From the NCBI GenBank assembly GCA_950097015.1, contig CATNEN010000038.1:6324001-6388000 (forward strand): 64,000 nt of DNA. The letters are read 5' to 3'. This DNA is from Macrostomum hystrix. Its lineage: Eukaryota > Animalia > Platyhelminthes. Made by a program: the position numbers and the translations under genes. How positions within the stretch are numbered: position 1 is the first letter of the stretch; every line of letters begins with the position of its first letter. The notes under the pieces are model-generated. The model was not told where the DNA came from, did no database searches, and saw only the letters and a list, made by a program, of their open reading frames with translations. This document shows, piece after piece, positions 1-12,262 of the stretch.

Positions 1-1184
1 AGGGTGCTAGGTACTAGGGTGCTAGGTACTAGGGTGCTAGGTAGCTAGGGTACTAGGTAGCTAGGGTGCTAGGTACTAGGGTGCTAGGTACTAGGGTGCT
101 AGGTAGCTAGGGTACTAGGTAGCTAGGGTGCTAGGTACTAGGGTGCTAGGTACTAGGGTGCTAGGTACTAGGGTGCTAGGTACTAGGGTGCTAGGTACTA
201 GGGTGCTAGGTACTAGGGTGCTAGGTACTAGGGTGCTAGGTACTAGGGTGCTAGGTACTAGGGTACTAGGGTACTAGGGTGCTAGGTAGCTAGGGTACTA
301 GGTAGCTAGGCTGCTAGGTACTAGGGTGCTAGGTACAAGGGTGCTAGGTACTAGGGTACTAGGGTGCTAGGTACTAGGGTACTAGGGTACTAGGTACTAG
401 GGTGCTAGGTACTAGGGTACTAGGGTACTAGGGTGCTAGGTAGCTAGGGTACTAGGTAGCTAGGGTGCTAGGTACTAGGGTGCTAGGTACTAGGGTGCTA
501 GGTACTAGGGTACTAGGTAGCTAGGGTGCTAGGTACTAGGGTGCTAGGTACTAGGGTGCTAGGTACTAGGGTGCTAGGTACTAGGGTGCTAGGTACTAGG
601 GTGCTAGGTACTAGGGTGCTAGGTACTAGGGTGCTAGGTACTAGGGTGCTAGGTACTAGGGTACTAGGGTACTAGGGTGCTAGGTAGCTAGGGTACTAGG
701 TAGCTAGGCTGCTAGGTACTAGGGTGCTAGGTACAAGGGTGCTAGGTACTAGGGTACTAGGGTGCTAGGTACTAGGGTACTAGGGTACTAGGTACTAGGG
801 TGCTAGGTACTAGGGTACTAGGGTACTAGGGTGCTAGGTAGCTAGGGTACTAGGTAGCTAGGGTGCTAGGTACTAGGGTGCTAGGTACTAGGGTGCTAGG
901 TAGCTAGGGTACTAGGTAGCTAGGGTGCTAGGTACTAGGGTGCTAGGTACTAGGGTGCTAGGTAGCTAGGGTACTAGGTAGCTAGGGTGCTAGGTACTAG
1001 GGTGCTAGGTACTAGGGTGCTAGGTACTAGGGTGCTAGGTACTAGGGTGCTAGGTACTAGGGTGCTAGGTACTAGGGTGCTAGGTACTAGGGTGCTAGGT
1101 ACTAGGGTACTAGGTACTAGGGTGCTAGGTACTAGGGTACTAGGTACTAGGGTGCTAGGTACTAGGGTACTAGGTACTAGGGTG
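1..1184. repeat. 15-bp minisatellite (ggtgctaggtactag)n with variants; continues off the window edge
   Basis: Directly visible tandem unit; the 987-1190 LGTRV ORF is simply the repeat read in frame. Confidence 0.97.
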
Positions 1185-1198
1185 ATTTAAACTTAGGG

Positions 1199-1350
1199 TG
1201 GGTGTGATATTCCCAGTCTATGGACTGAACAGCTATAGAGCATTCAGATGCATTCAGATGTGCAATGTCATATAAAAGCCAAATACTTTTGGCTATGCTG
1301 TGGGATGCAAATCTGACCTAATTAGGGCAGGTGTAAACAGTTATGATTAA
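1199..1350 (+). mobile_element. Degenerate 3' tail of tRNA-derived SINE family A
   Basis: gggtgtg..ccagtctatggactgaacagc..gcaggtgtaaacagttat matches the tail of the SINE at 45161-45235. Confidence 0.55.
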
Positions 1351-2669
1351 TAAAGTTGTATTACAATCTTGATTCAAAATATAAGCAGACATGTACTAGT
1401 TATTAACCAGCTACAACCATATTGTAGTGTAAAGTCTTGTCTATGTGTCAAAGACTTATCAAAGACTATCTAAATTATGAGACTAGAGCAAGTGATTAAT
1501 AAAATAGCTCATTTTATGCTGACTTTTACTTATTATACAATTTAACTAGTCCATTTAAACACATACATAGATAACTAGTAAAATGGTAGGCCTAATTAGG
1601 TCAATACATTAATTTTAATTGACAGTTTTCATAAAAAATTGGTCTAGCTGCCCATTCTTACACAACTACCTAGCTATACTATAATAGATGCAAAGGCCTA
1701 TAGCTAGCTCTATGCCTATGGCAAATAGAACTAGCTAGGCCAAGCTGAAGTTAAACCTATCTTCTATGAGTGATGTTATGATGACTACTACTATCGAAAA
1801 TAAATATCATATAAATACCCCTATGTTATACTTATAGTTAACTATATCAAATAAGCAATAATATAGGTAGGCTAGTAACTAAACTTCATAAAAATACACT
1901 AAATCATTTTATCTTATTACTACTTTCATTACTAGGCCTATTAGTAATATTATAGCTACTATGATTAGTTACTAGTTTCGTTGTCTTTTTATTTGACATT
2001 TTATTTCATTTCTTTGTCAAGGCAAGCTAAAAAAGGTTATCATTGATTCATTTCAGGTTAAAATAAAAAAGATCAAGAAGTCACAAGCCACAAGCCAACT
2101 TAAAAAAAATATGGTTAGAAAACATTTGTTTCCGTATTTTCATTTCAAAAACACTTCGACAGCTTCTTATTCAAGCATGGAACAAAAATCTATTTAACTC
2201 AGCTTTAACTTAAATTACGGATTTACAAAGCAAAATTTTATAACTTTAGTATGTATTTCTTATAAAATGTTGCTTTTATACAATTATTCGATTGGAAACC
2301 AATTACAAATACACAGAATGAATGAAAGCCACCCTAATAGTGCAGCACTGCTAGTCAATTAAAAATCGAATACGCAAATTAAAATACAATATAAATGCCA
2401 AGAAGAATGTGTCCCCTGCATAAACAGTTCAAAAATATTTATTTGCTACAAAAAAAACATTTCTTCAAAGAAAAAATGCTTTCCTATGCTATCTAGATAT
2501 TAATTTTTTAAAAAGTTGTTTTACGTTGCATTGCCAAAATAGAAGTTTTAAATTGAAAATCTCTGCTGAATTTTTCGCTTCTCAATGCTTGTTGCGCGCG
2601 AGAGTAGCAAAAATATTAATAATCAAATTTAATAGCCCAATTTAGCGTAAAAACTAGAGCTGCATAAAA

Positions 2670-5600
2670 ATGCGCTCTTATTTCGTCTTCTACTTTATTC
2701 TAGCGAGCGCTCTTGCCACGATAGTGCTTTCGCACGATCTTCTCTACAAGCCATATCAAAGAGCTTCTTTTGAAAAATTGCCGGATACTATTCCGATCTA
2801 TAAAAAATTTTCGGCCTTTAAAAGTCCGAAAGCATTGCATTTACCAAGCATTAAGTCTACTAATTCGCATGGTAATCGGTGCCCGAAACAAGAGCAGGCG
2901 TGTCTCCTTAGTTCAGGTCAGCAAGGCTGTTGTCCATTTGAAAACGGAACTTGCTGCTTAGACAAGTTAACTTGCTGCCCATTTGGCTATGACTGTAATA
3001 TTAAAGAAGGTGCTTGCACTGTTCGTACAGACAATAATATGCATTCACGAGCTGTTGTGTGCCAGGATGGTCAGAGCCAGTGCCCTGATGGATCGACATG
3101 CTGCAAGCTGCAGTCAGGACAGTGGGGCTGTTGTCCACTTGAGAGGGCCACCTGCTGCAATGATGGCATCCACTGCTGTCCGAACGGCTACAAGTGCGAC
3201 GTTTCAGCCGGAACCTGCACGAAGGGCGACATCGTGCACTCTCTGACAAAGACTAAGGTCAAGTCAACCACCGTTGTGTGCCCGGATGGTCAGAGCCAGT
3301 GCCCTGATGGATCGACATGCTGCAAGCTGCAGTCAGGACAGTGGGGCTGTTGTCCACTTGAGAAGGCCACCTGCTGCAATGATGGCATCCACTGCTGTCC
3401 GAACGGCTACAAGTGCGACGTTTCAGCCGGAACCTGCACGAAGGGCGACATCGTGCACTCTCTGACAAAGACTATGGTCAAGTCAACCACCGTTGTGTGC
3501 CCGGATGGTCAGAGCCAGTGCCCTGATGGATCGACATGCTGCAAGCTGCAGTCAGGACAGTGGGGCTGTTGTCCACTTGAGAGGGCCACCTGCTGCAATG
3601 ATGGCATCCACTGCTGTCCGAACGGCTACAAGTGCGACGTTTCTGCCGGAACTTGCACGAAGGGCGACATCGTGCACTCTCTGACAAAGACTAAGGTCAA
3701 GTCAACCACCGTTGTGTGCCCGGATGGTCAGAGCCAGTGCCCTGATGGATCGACATGCTGCAAGCTGCAGTCAGGACAGTGGGGCTGTTGTCCACTTGAG
3801 AGGGCCACCTGCTGCAATGATGGCATCCACTGCTGTCCGAACGGCTACAAGTGCGACGTTTCAGCCGGAACCTGCACGAAGGGCGACATCGTGCACTCTC
3901 TGACAAAGACTATGGTCAAGTCAACCACCGTTGTGTGCCCGGATGGTCAGAGCCAGTGCCCTGATGGATCGACATGCTGCAAGCTGCAGTCAGGACAGTG
4001 GGGCTGTTGTCCACTTGAGAGGGCCACCTGCTGCAATGATGGCATCCACTGCTGTCCGAACGGCTACAAGTGCGACGTTTCAGCCGGAACCTGCACGAAG
4101 GGCGACATCGTGCACTCTCTGACAAAGACTATGGTCAAGTCAACTACCGTTGTGTGCCCGGATGGTCAGAGCCAGTGCCCTGATGGATCGACATGCTGCA
4201 AGCTGCAGTCAGGACAGTGGGGCTGTTGTCCACTTGAGAGGGCCACCTGCTGCAATGATGGCATCCACTGCTGTCCGAACGGCTACAAGTGCGACGTTTC
4301 TGCCGGAACCTGCACGAAGGGCGACATCGTGCACTCTCTGACAAAGACTAAGGTCAAGTCAACCACCGTTGTGTGCCCGGATGGTCAGAGCCAGTGCCCT
4401 GATGGATCGACATGCTGCAAGCTGCAGTCAGGACAGTGGGGCTGTTGTCCACTTGAGAAGGCCACCTGCTGCAATGATGGCATCCACTGCTGTCCGAACG
4501 GCTACAAGTGCGACGTTTCAGCCGGAACCTGCACGAAGGGCGACATCGTGCACTCTCTGACAAAGACTATGGTCAAGTCAACCACCGTTGTGTGCCCGGA
4601 TGGTCAGAGCCAGTGCCCTGATGGATCGACATGCTGCAAGCTGCAGTCAGGACAGTGGGGCTGTTGTCCACTTGAGAAGGCCACCTGCTGCAATGATGGC
4701 ATCCACTGCTGTCCGAACGGCTACAAGTGCGACGTTTCTGCCGGAACTTGCACGAAGGGCGACATCGTGCACTCTCTGACAAAGACTAAGGTCAAGTCAA
4801 CCACCGTTGTGTGCCCGGATGGTCATAGCCAGTGCCCTGATGGATCGACATGCTGCAAGCTGCAGTCAGGACAGTGGGGCTGTTGTCCACTTGAGAGGGC
4901 CACCTGCTGCAATGATGGCATCCACTGCTGTCCGAACGGCTACAAGTGCGACGTTTCTGCCGGAACTTGCACGAAGGGCGACATCGTGCACTCTCTGACA
5001 AAGACTAAGGTCAAGTCAACCACCGTTGTGTGCCCGGATGGTCAGAGCCAGTGCCCTGATGGATCGACATGCTGCAAGCTGCAGTCAGGACAGTGGGGCT
5101 GTTGTCCACTTGAGAGGGCCACCTGCTGCAATGATGGCATCCACTGCTGTCCGAACGGCTACAAGTGCGACGTTTCAGCCGGAACCTGCACGAAGGGCAC
5201 TTCCATGTCTCTCCGGGCTAGACTATCGAGCTGCTGCACATTTGTGTCTGGCTCAGTCCTTTGCTGTAAAAATGGACTAATTTGCAACCCGGAGACGTAT
5301 CAATGCAGTTCTCCAATCTCTGAAGTGGATCAAACTCCAACCACTGATCCAGTGCATACTGAGGACGCTTCAGTGCCGCCGAGCTCCAGTCACGTGTCCA
5401 TGTTCCTCGCTCAGAGGCGCCTTGTGGCCTGCGCTGCTGGTTTTAGTTGCGGTAGCAAGTCTACTTGTTGCATCACGGAATCCGGCACTTCTAAGTGCTG
5501 CAGTCATTCCAATGTAAGTTAAATTTATTTTTGTCTGCTGCATAGAATAAGCTAGTTTAGATATCAAACTGATTTTCTTATTAACGGATTTCGCTGCCTT

Positions 5601-5693
5601 CAGGGTGTTTGCTGCGCCGGCGGCGCCCACTGCTGCCCCGGTGGATACTCCTGCTCCGCGAACGGCAAGTGCGCGATCGTCCAGCTGCCATAG
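2670..5693 (+). CDS. GRN: Progranulin with about 12.5 granulin domains; exons 2670-5513 and 5604-5693
   Basis: Signal peptide; repeated 12-Cys granulin motif (C..C..TCC..WGCCP..A.CC.DG.HCCP.GY.C....C). A phase-0 GTAAGT donor at 5514 and CAG acceptor at 5603 complete the last granulin (GVCCAGGAHCCPGGYSCSANGKC). AATAAA at 5778. Confidence 0.95.
3053..5198 (+). repeat. Ten tandem 219-bp coding repeats (granulin plus linker)
   Basis: Alternate-frame ORFs recur exactly every 219 bp (3274, 3493 ... 5026); only a handful of variable sites. Confidence 0.97.
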
Positions 5694-6764
5694 CTCGAAT
5701 TCTCTGGACGTCGACATCCTCGGATGAATATCGGAGTTCAAAAATTCGATATAAAGTGTCCGACAACTGCTCCTTTAAATAAAAACCGAATTAGCCACCG
5801 AAAGAAATCCATAATGTTTATTCATCTTCAATATTTATTTTTAGAATAGTTGGTTAATTGGGATCGAACGATTTTTGCACTGATCTCTTCTTCTCTTATT
5901 GTCTAGATAGGCGTCAAATTTTCACAATGAGTACAGTTCTACACATTCAAAGTTATTCCAGATAATGCAAGGTGCCACAAACTTGAAGACTATTTTTTTA
6001 CTCGAGATTTAGTAATCTCTTTTTCTATTTTGTCAATTGTCATTTTACGGTTGTATTGATGCCGAAATCACATGTGTTCGTTTCTTGTTAATGCAACATG
6101 TCTAAATCACATAAGCTATTTTAGTGCGCAAAGGGCTATTTTGTAATTTTGTTTCCGGGTACCATGCGACAGATTTTTTACGTCCAAGAGTAACATTTGA
6201 GTTGGTTACGCTGTTTAAAAAGTTTATTTTTAAAGCTGACTTTAATCGGCAGTTAATGTCACCAAGCAGAATCCTAGTTAATGAATGTTGAGAAGTCCAA
6301 TTATAGCTTTCCCGAAGCCGAATGTTTAATTTGCGAAACGCATTAGTATAGTTTGCATGTAATTTGGTCACGCGCACCCATTATTCCTAATTTACAACGA
6401 TTTGCTTGTCTATTGTTTATTCCTCTACGTTTATAGTACAAATGCCTTGTTAGTGTCAAAAATGGCCATTCGCGTTTTCTTCTTTGTCACAATAAATTAA
6501 ACGTACTAATAGCAAGAAATCACAACGCAATGTGGCCATTTTTTGCGCAAGTAAAACTTTCTCCAGAATAAACTCCTCTAACAACAGATTTTAAGGCCTT
6601 GACGTGTAGAAGTAGCTATTTATACCCGGTTTCCCTTGCTGATTCTATTTGCCAAAATTATATATCCAGTTAATTGAGGAATGCTTCGATTCTAATTTGA
6701 AAAAATCAATTTATGATACTTTGCCAGTCTTATTTCATGTTCCGTCTTTCAGATCCTACCGGTA

Positions 6765-6937
6765 GAGCTCTGAATCTGAAAATTGGAGAGAACTCCGATT
6801 TGTGTTTTTCTCCAAGTGATGCGTTAGAATTTCCTATCTGCATAGTGTGTTTTGGGCCAGCCAGTCAGCCTACACTAGTCCGGAAAATAGGGGTTTGGCG
6901 GGGAGTTGTCTCCAGTTTCTAGATTCAGAACTCCATG
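6765..6937. mobile_element. Short MITE (family B)
   Basis: Imperfect TIRs gagctctgaatctgaaaattggaga / tctccagtttctagattcagaactc; homologous to the arms at 53088-53210 and 55080-55213. Confidence 0.7.
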
Positions 6938-7381
6938 TTCAGATGAAGATTAGTTAACTATAGAAAAGTTGACAAGTTTAGTCGCGAACTAAGCAAGTTA
7001 ACAGGTTCACTCTTGCAATGGCGCGGGACTAAAGTTTAGAGACTGCGTTTATCAAACAGGCCATGCACAGGTCGTATCTGCATGATAAGCACACAGCCGC
7101 AGCTAGGTCTGCAAGCGCGGTGCTTGCACCTCCCTTATCTTCTAAATCGGGGGAAATCAAACAAAATTGGATTTAGAGCACAGCTGCGCAGCCAGATTAT
7201 TTGTCCGACCTATAGATATATTGCTGCTGCTACGAATGAATGTTCCAGGCACTTATACTGTATTTTACATGTACAGTACGTTAGTAGTTACATAACTGCT
7301 CTCTGCAGTTCTCTGCATGCCATAGACAGATTCTGTATGCTGCACTGCAAACCAGAGCGCAAAAGCAAGTGAGGCCTTCAA

Positions 7382-7973
7382 CAGTAGGACTACCAAGCCC
7401 CATTTGCCGCCAGTTTTTATACCCCTTCCCCCCTGAAATGTTTTGGCAGCACCGGAATGCTAACAGCGTTGGGTGATGACTGATTGGTTGATAGACTATA
7501 GGCGATGGTGTCCTGTGGTTGAGCTGCGCCTGATATTAAGGCTTGATCAGTGAAATTCGAGAAATTCGCGTCAGGGTGTCCATAGTGGCCTAGTTCCACC
7601 TGTTGAAGCCCTTGAAGGTCCAGCAGTCCGTCTAGATAAAGGTCGGTGACCACCGAAGACGGAGATGATGCAGGCACATTCGGGTGACATGCTGATATAT
7701 TTTGAAGCCCTTGCAAGGCCGCATTGAGGCGCTGTGTAAATTTATGTATAGGGGCGTATGAAATAAATACACTAGCGCTTATGGGAAAAATCTGACCTTC
7801 GGCCAGAGCCATTGAATATCTCGACGGTCTGAAGAGCTGGCGACTTGACTCTTGTTTCAGAAGATGGGCAACAAAAATTTGGCCCGTGTTCTTGAGTTTC
7901 GTGTGCTTACATTGCTCCGTTCGGGTGCAGCGAAAAAAATGGTTAGGGCGGGGGGATTTCCCTTCTTGGTACT
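7382..7973. mobile_element. Non-autonomous DNA transposon (family C, CAGTAG ends)
   Basis: Begins cagtaggactaccaag, ends cttggtactg; 7680-7973 is homologous in inverted orientation to 57942-58230. Confidence 0.7.
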
Positions 7974-9234
7974 GTTAGACTGTTACGAAAGAAGATTGTA
8001 AAGAAAATGGCTGACAAGGATTAAAGGAATCACAAAAGAATCAGTGCCTAAAAATGCAGCGTGCACACTGCTTACACATTAGCAACGCATTTAACATATA
8101 AAGGCATGGACTTCTAAAGACTTGCAACAATAATGCCTATACATTTTTCATGATATCATCGAAGTTGGTCAGAAAATTTAGGTAGAAAATCAGGGGCCTC
8201 TTGTGCAAAGCGTTGCTGGAAGCTGTTAATCGCTAGACTAAAGCTGATATGCACTGTTGCGTTTCACATCCACGTGAGAACTGACATGCTCAATAACTAC
8301 ACACCTAAGCACTAAAACATCGTCTATGGCCAATCTTTGAAGATAACTATGAGTGTTACGCAATAAAAGCATGAAAGCTTTAAGCCCAGATTAAGGCCAG
8401 AGAATGCTGAATCTCTTTTCAATTTGTCACCGACAAAATTGTCGATTGTTGAAATATAGACGTACCGAGTGTGTTAGGAAGTGTTGTTGCAAACAACGCT
8501 TTAAAGTTTAATACTTATGCTTGATAATTAGTATTTAGTATTAATACTTAGTTTCGGCCAGTGACTGCATGAGTACTAAAATTTAGGACTGTGCAGTGGT
8601 CGTGTTTGATAGTTAAAGCTTACACTTCTGCGTACACTTCTGCATTGGCGTACCGGCCTCTGACTGGTTTCAGCCACTCCTAAAAAGTAGCTAAATGAAC
8701 CCCATTATGAGTTTAATGGTGTTGATCATTCATTTCTACTGACTATACTACTAAACATACGAGCCGTAAGTAGTGTTGACTGAATGAGTGTATAGTGCTA
8801 TCCGAATCTGTTATTAGCACTAAATTAGTAACTGAAAGTCCAGCCTATTAAATCTGACTTAAATCTGAAATCTGAAGGCTGGCACGCACGTTCAAATATC
8901 ACAGAGATAGGAACGTTTCATATGTTTTCACATTAAAATGTTGATAACTTTTTATTGCAATCAGATTCAATCTTGCAAAACACGCTGCTTCACCGAATTT
9001 CAGATAGCTCCATTTATGAACAATGAATATTTAAATTGCTTTTAAGTTTGCACCCTCAGACCTTTAAGGTTAGACAGATACATGGCACCATGAACACAGA
9101 GGCTCAGATACTGGAATGCTGGACAGTGACGCTTGATGCACTGTGGGTTGGTTGAGTACGACATACATTCGACTCTGTTTGTATGTGTTGTATGTATGTA
9201 CGATTTCGTATAGGAAACCACAAACGCCTGTGAG

Positions 9235-9370
9235 CACGAAAGACCGAAGACCGAAAATCGCCTATGAAAACAGAGCATGTCCAAAATGTGGAGTCGAGGT
9301 AGAGAACGAAATTAATATTCTCTTTAGATGCGATTGGTCCTTTTATGTTACAATTAGAAATAAATTTCAT
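9235..9370 (+). mobile_element. Possible relic of a LINE C-terminal Cys-rich/zinc-knuckle region
   Basis: RRPKIAYENRACPKCGVEVENEINILFRC...IRNKF resembles the R.C..C..VE.E.H.LF.C C-terminus of non-LTR ORF2 proteins. Confidence 0.35.
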
Positions 9371-9775
9371 GTTTCATGTTTCATGTATTTCATCTGTTGT
9401 CTTAATCAATTAAGGAGCACACAGTCCGATTTATTTATGACTACATCAGCAAATGCAGGTGCTGATATCAAATTTGATCTTTGAACAGAAAGGCTAAATC
9501 TAATTTCGTGCAAGAGCACAAAAGACTTTAAGTGCTGTGCATTTATTCGTTTCCGATTGTTCTAGAAACAAACAGCTATTGTCGCCCCGCTGTAGTTTTT
9601 AATTTGGCCCAGCATTCATGCTGTCACAATTAATCTGGCCATTCTATTTGATGACTTTAACAAAAAGTTTTCGCAAAACAGAATAAAAGCAGAATCGATT
9701 CTGCGTGGAACCTGAAATTTCTGATTTCAGGTTTGACGGAGCGCAAATCTTATTCCTACTTCGTGTCTGAAGAAC

Positions 9776-10699
9776 ATGGCCACAGCCAATCGAAGAAGCT
9801 CTGCGAAGTCTTTGTCGCTCTTTATCCTGCTGGCTGTGCAGTTTTTTTGCCTGCCGAAGAATGCGGTGCAATCAGCGGTTACTGGCGGCGACACGCCGTA
9901 TCAGTTCAAGGCCATTCAGGGCCGCCTGTGCATCAGCGCCGCCTACATCCAGCAGGACAGTCAGCCGACCGTCAGCAGGCTCGAGTGTGCGGCCCGCTGT
10001 GAAGCCAAGCCTCGCTGCCGAGCGTTTAGCCACGAAGCCGTCGGGCAGTGCCGCCACTTCGTGTTCGACGCCTGCAGCCGGGGCGTCCGGGACACCTGCG
10101 ACTGTCCGGCCGATGTGGGCCGGGTGTTTGTTCGCCGAGCGGCCGGCCTGACAGCAGGACGGCTGTGCCCGGACGACTATTACGATGGTGAGCTCCGTGG
10201 GGTCGGGAGAAAGCCCAACAGTTTAACCAGTTGCGGCAGCCCTGTCTCATTCCATTCCAAATCAGGCACTGTGCCGCGGGACCGCTGTGGTGTCCGCTAC
10301 CGCGTGCGGGCCAGCCAGGGCAACTGGTCTGTCGGCCGGGCCGCCTGCCAGGCGGAGGCCGGCGGAGTGGCCGTCATGTCCGACATTGGCAGCGCCGGCG
10401 AGCTCGACCTGGCCGTGTTGCTGGGCCAGGCCCTGGGCTCCAATTTCTACGTGGCCGGCCTGCAGACTTCGGGCAGCGCGGAGCCGGGCGCCGGCTGGCT
10501 GTGGGCCAACGGCTGTTCTGTTGGGACGGCCGTTGATCCCACTCTGTGGGCCGTCGGGCAGCCGACTGATGTCAGTGGCACTCGGAGCGCTACAGCAGTG
10601 TGGACAACCAGCACAGTGTTCCCCGGCCTGGTGGACACAGGCGTCAGCAACTCGGCGGTGACTGGAGCGCTCTGCCAGTGCCAGTCACCGTTTGAGTGA
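9776..10699 (+). CDS. Intronless secreted protein: PAN/apple-like domain plus divergent C-type lectin domain
   Basis: Signal peptide; SRLECAARCEAKPRCRAFS (PAN/apple-like); W..GRAAC....MSDI.S..E, FYVAG, W.WANG, WAVGQP and terminal ALCQC (CTLD-like); GC-rich codon usage. Confidence 0.8.
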   Translation: MATANRRSSAKSLSLFILLAVQFFCLPKNAVQSAVTGGDTPYQFKAIQGRLCISAAYIQQDSQPTVSRLECAARCEAKPRCRAFSHEAVGQCRHFVFDACSRGVRDTCDCPADVGRVFVRRAAGLTAGRLCPDDYYDGELRGVGRKPNSLTSCGSPVSFHSKSGTVPRDRCGVRYRVRASQGNWSVGRAACQAEAGGVAVMSDIGSAGELDLAVLLGQALGSNFYVAGLQTSGSAEPGAGWLWANGCSVGTAVDPTLWAVGQPTDVSGTRSATAVWTTSTVFPGLVDTGVSNSAVTGALCQCQSPFE

Positions 10700-10714
10700 C
10701 GCGAACGGCGAATC

Positions 10715-12262
10715 AACTCCAGGCTGAACAAATAGGCGATAATTAGTCGCTAGACAGTTGGAATATCGTAAGCTAGTTTCCTCCCACTGCGAAGGACCAC
10801 GTGTTAACTCCAGGCTGAACAAATAGGCGATAATTAGTCGCTAGACAGTTGGAATATCGTAAGCTATTTTCCTCCCACTGCGAAGGACCACGTGTTAACT
10901 CCAGGCTGAACAAATAGGCGATAATTAGTCGCTAGACAGTTGGAATATCGTAAGCTAGTTTTCTCCCACTGCGAAGGACCACGTGTTAACTCCAGGCTGA
11001 ACAAATAGGCGATAATTAGTCGCTAGACAGTTGGAATATCGTAAGCTAGTTTCCTCCCACTGCGAAGGACCACGTGTTAACTCCAGGCTGAACAAATAGG
11101 CGATAATTAGTCGCTAGACAGTTGGAATATCGTAAGCTAGTTTCCTCCCACTGCGAAGGACCACGTGTTAACTCCAGGCTGAACAAATAGGCGATAATTA
11201 GTCGCTAGACAGTTGGAATATCGTAAGCTAGTTTCCTCCCACTGCGAAGGACCACGTGTTAACTCCAGGCTGAACAAATAGGCGATAATTAGTCGCTAGA
11301 CAGTTGGAATATCGTAAGCTATTTTCCTCCCACTGCGAAGGACCACGTGTTAACTCCAGGCTGAACAAATAGGCGATAATTAGTCGCTAGACAGTTGGAA
11401 TATCGTAAGCTATTTTCCTCCCACTGCGAAGGACCACGTGTTAACTCCAGGCTGAACAAATAGGCGATAATTAGTCGCTAGACAGTTGGAATGTCGTAAG
11501 CTAGTTTTCTCCCACTGCGAAGGACCACGTGTTAACTCCAGGCTGAACAAATAGGCGATAATTAGTCGCTAGACAGTTGGAATATCGTAAGCTAGTTTCC
11601 TCCCACTGCGAAGGACCACGTGTTAACTCCAGGCTGAACAAATAGGCGATAATTAGTCGCTAGACAGTTGGAATATCGTAAGCTAGTTTCCTCCCACTGC
11701 GAAGGACCACGTGTTAACTCCAGGCTGAACAAATAGGCGATAATTAGTCGCTAGACAGTTGGAATATCGTAAGCTAGTTTCCTCCCACTGCGAAGGACCA
11801 CGTGTTAACTCCAGGCTGAACAAATAGGCGATAATTAGTCGCTAGACAGTTGGAATATCGTAAGCTAGTTTCCTCCCACTGCGAAGGACCACGTGTTAAC
11901 TCCAGGCTGAACAAATAGGCGATAATTAGTCGCTAGACAGTTGGAATATCGTAAGCTAGTTTCCTCCCACTGCGAAGGACCACGTGTTAACTCCAGGCTG
12001 AACAAATAGGCGATAATTAGTCGCTAGACAGTTGGAATATCGTAAGCTAGTTTCCTCCCACTGCGAAGGACCACGTGTTAACTCCAGGCTGAACAAATAG
12101 GCGATAATTAGTCGCTAGACAGTTGGAATATCGTAAGCTAGTTTCCTCCCACTGCGAAGGACCACGTGTTAACTCCAGGCTGAACAAATAGGCGATAATT
12201 AGTCGCTAGACAGTTGGAATATCGTAAGCTATTTTCCTCCCACTGCGAAGGACCACGAGTTA
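10715..12262. repeat. 91-bp tandem array, about 17 near-identical copies
   Basis: Unit aactccaggctgaacaaataggcgataattagtcgctag...gaccacgtgtt recurs at 10715, 10806, 10897 and onward. Confidence 0.97.

Noticed and set aside
1-1190. Telomeric repeat or LGTRV protein
   Set aside because: Unit is 15 bp (contains TAGGG but is not a TTAGGG array); the ORF is a repeat artefact
2983-5280. Repeated 63-69-aa alternate-frame and antisense ORFs
   Set aside because: Shadows of the 219-bp granulin repeat
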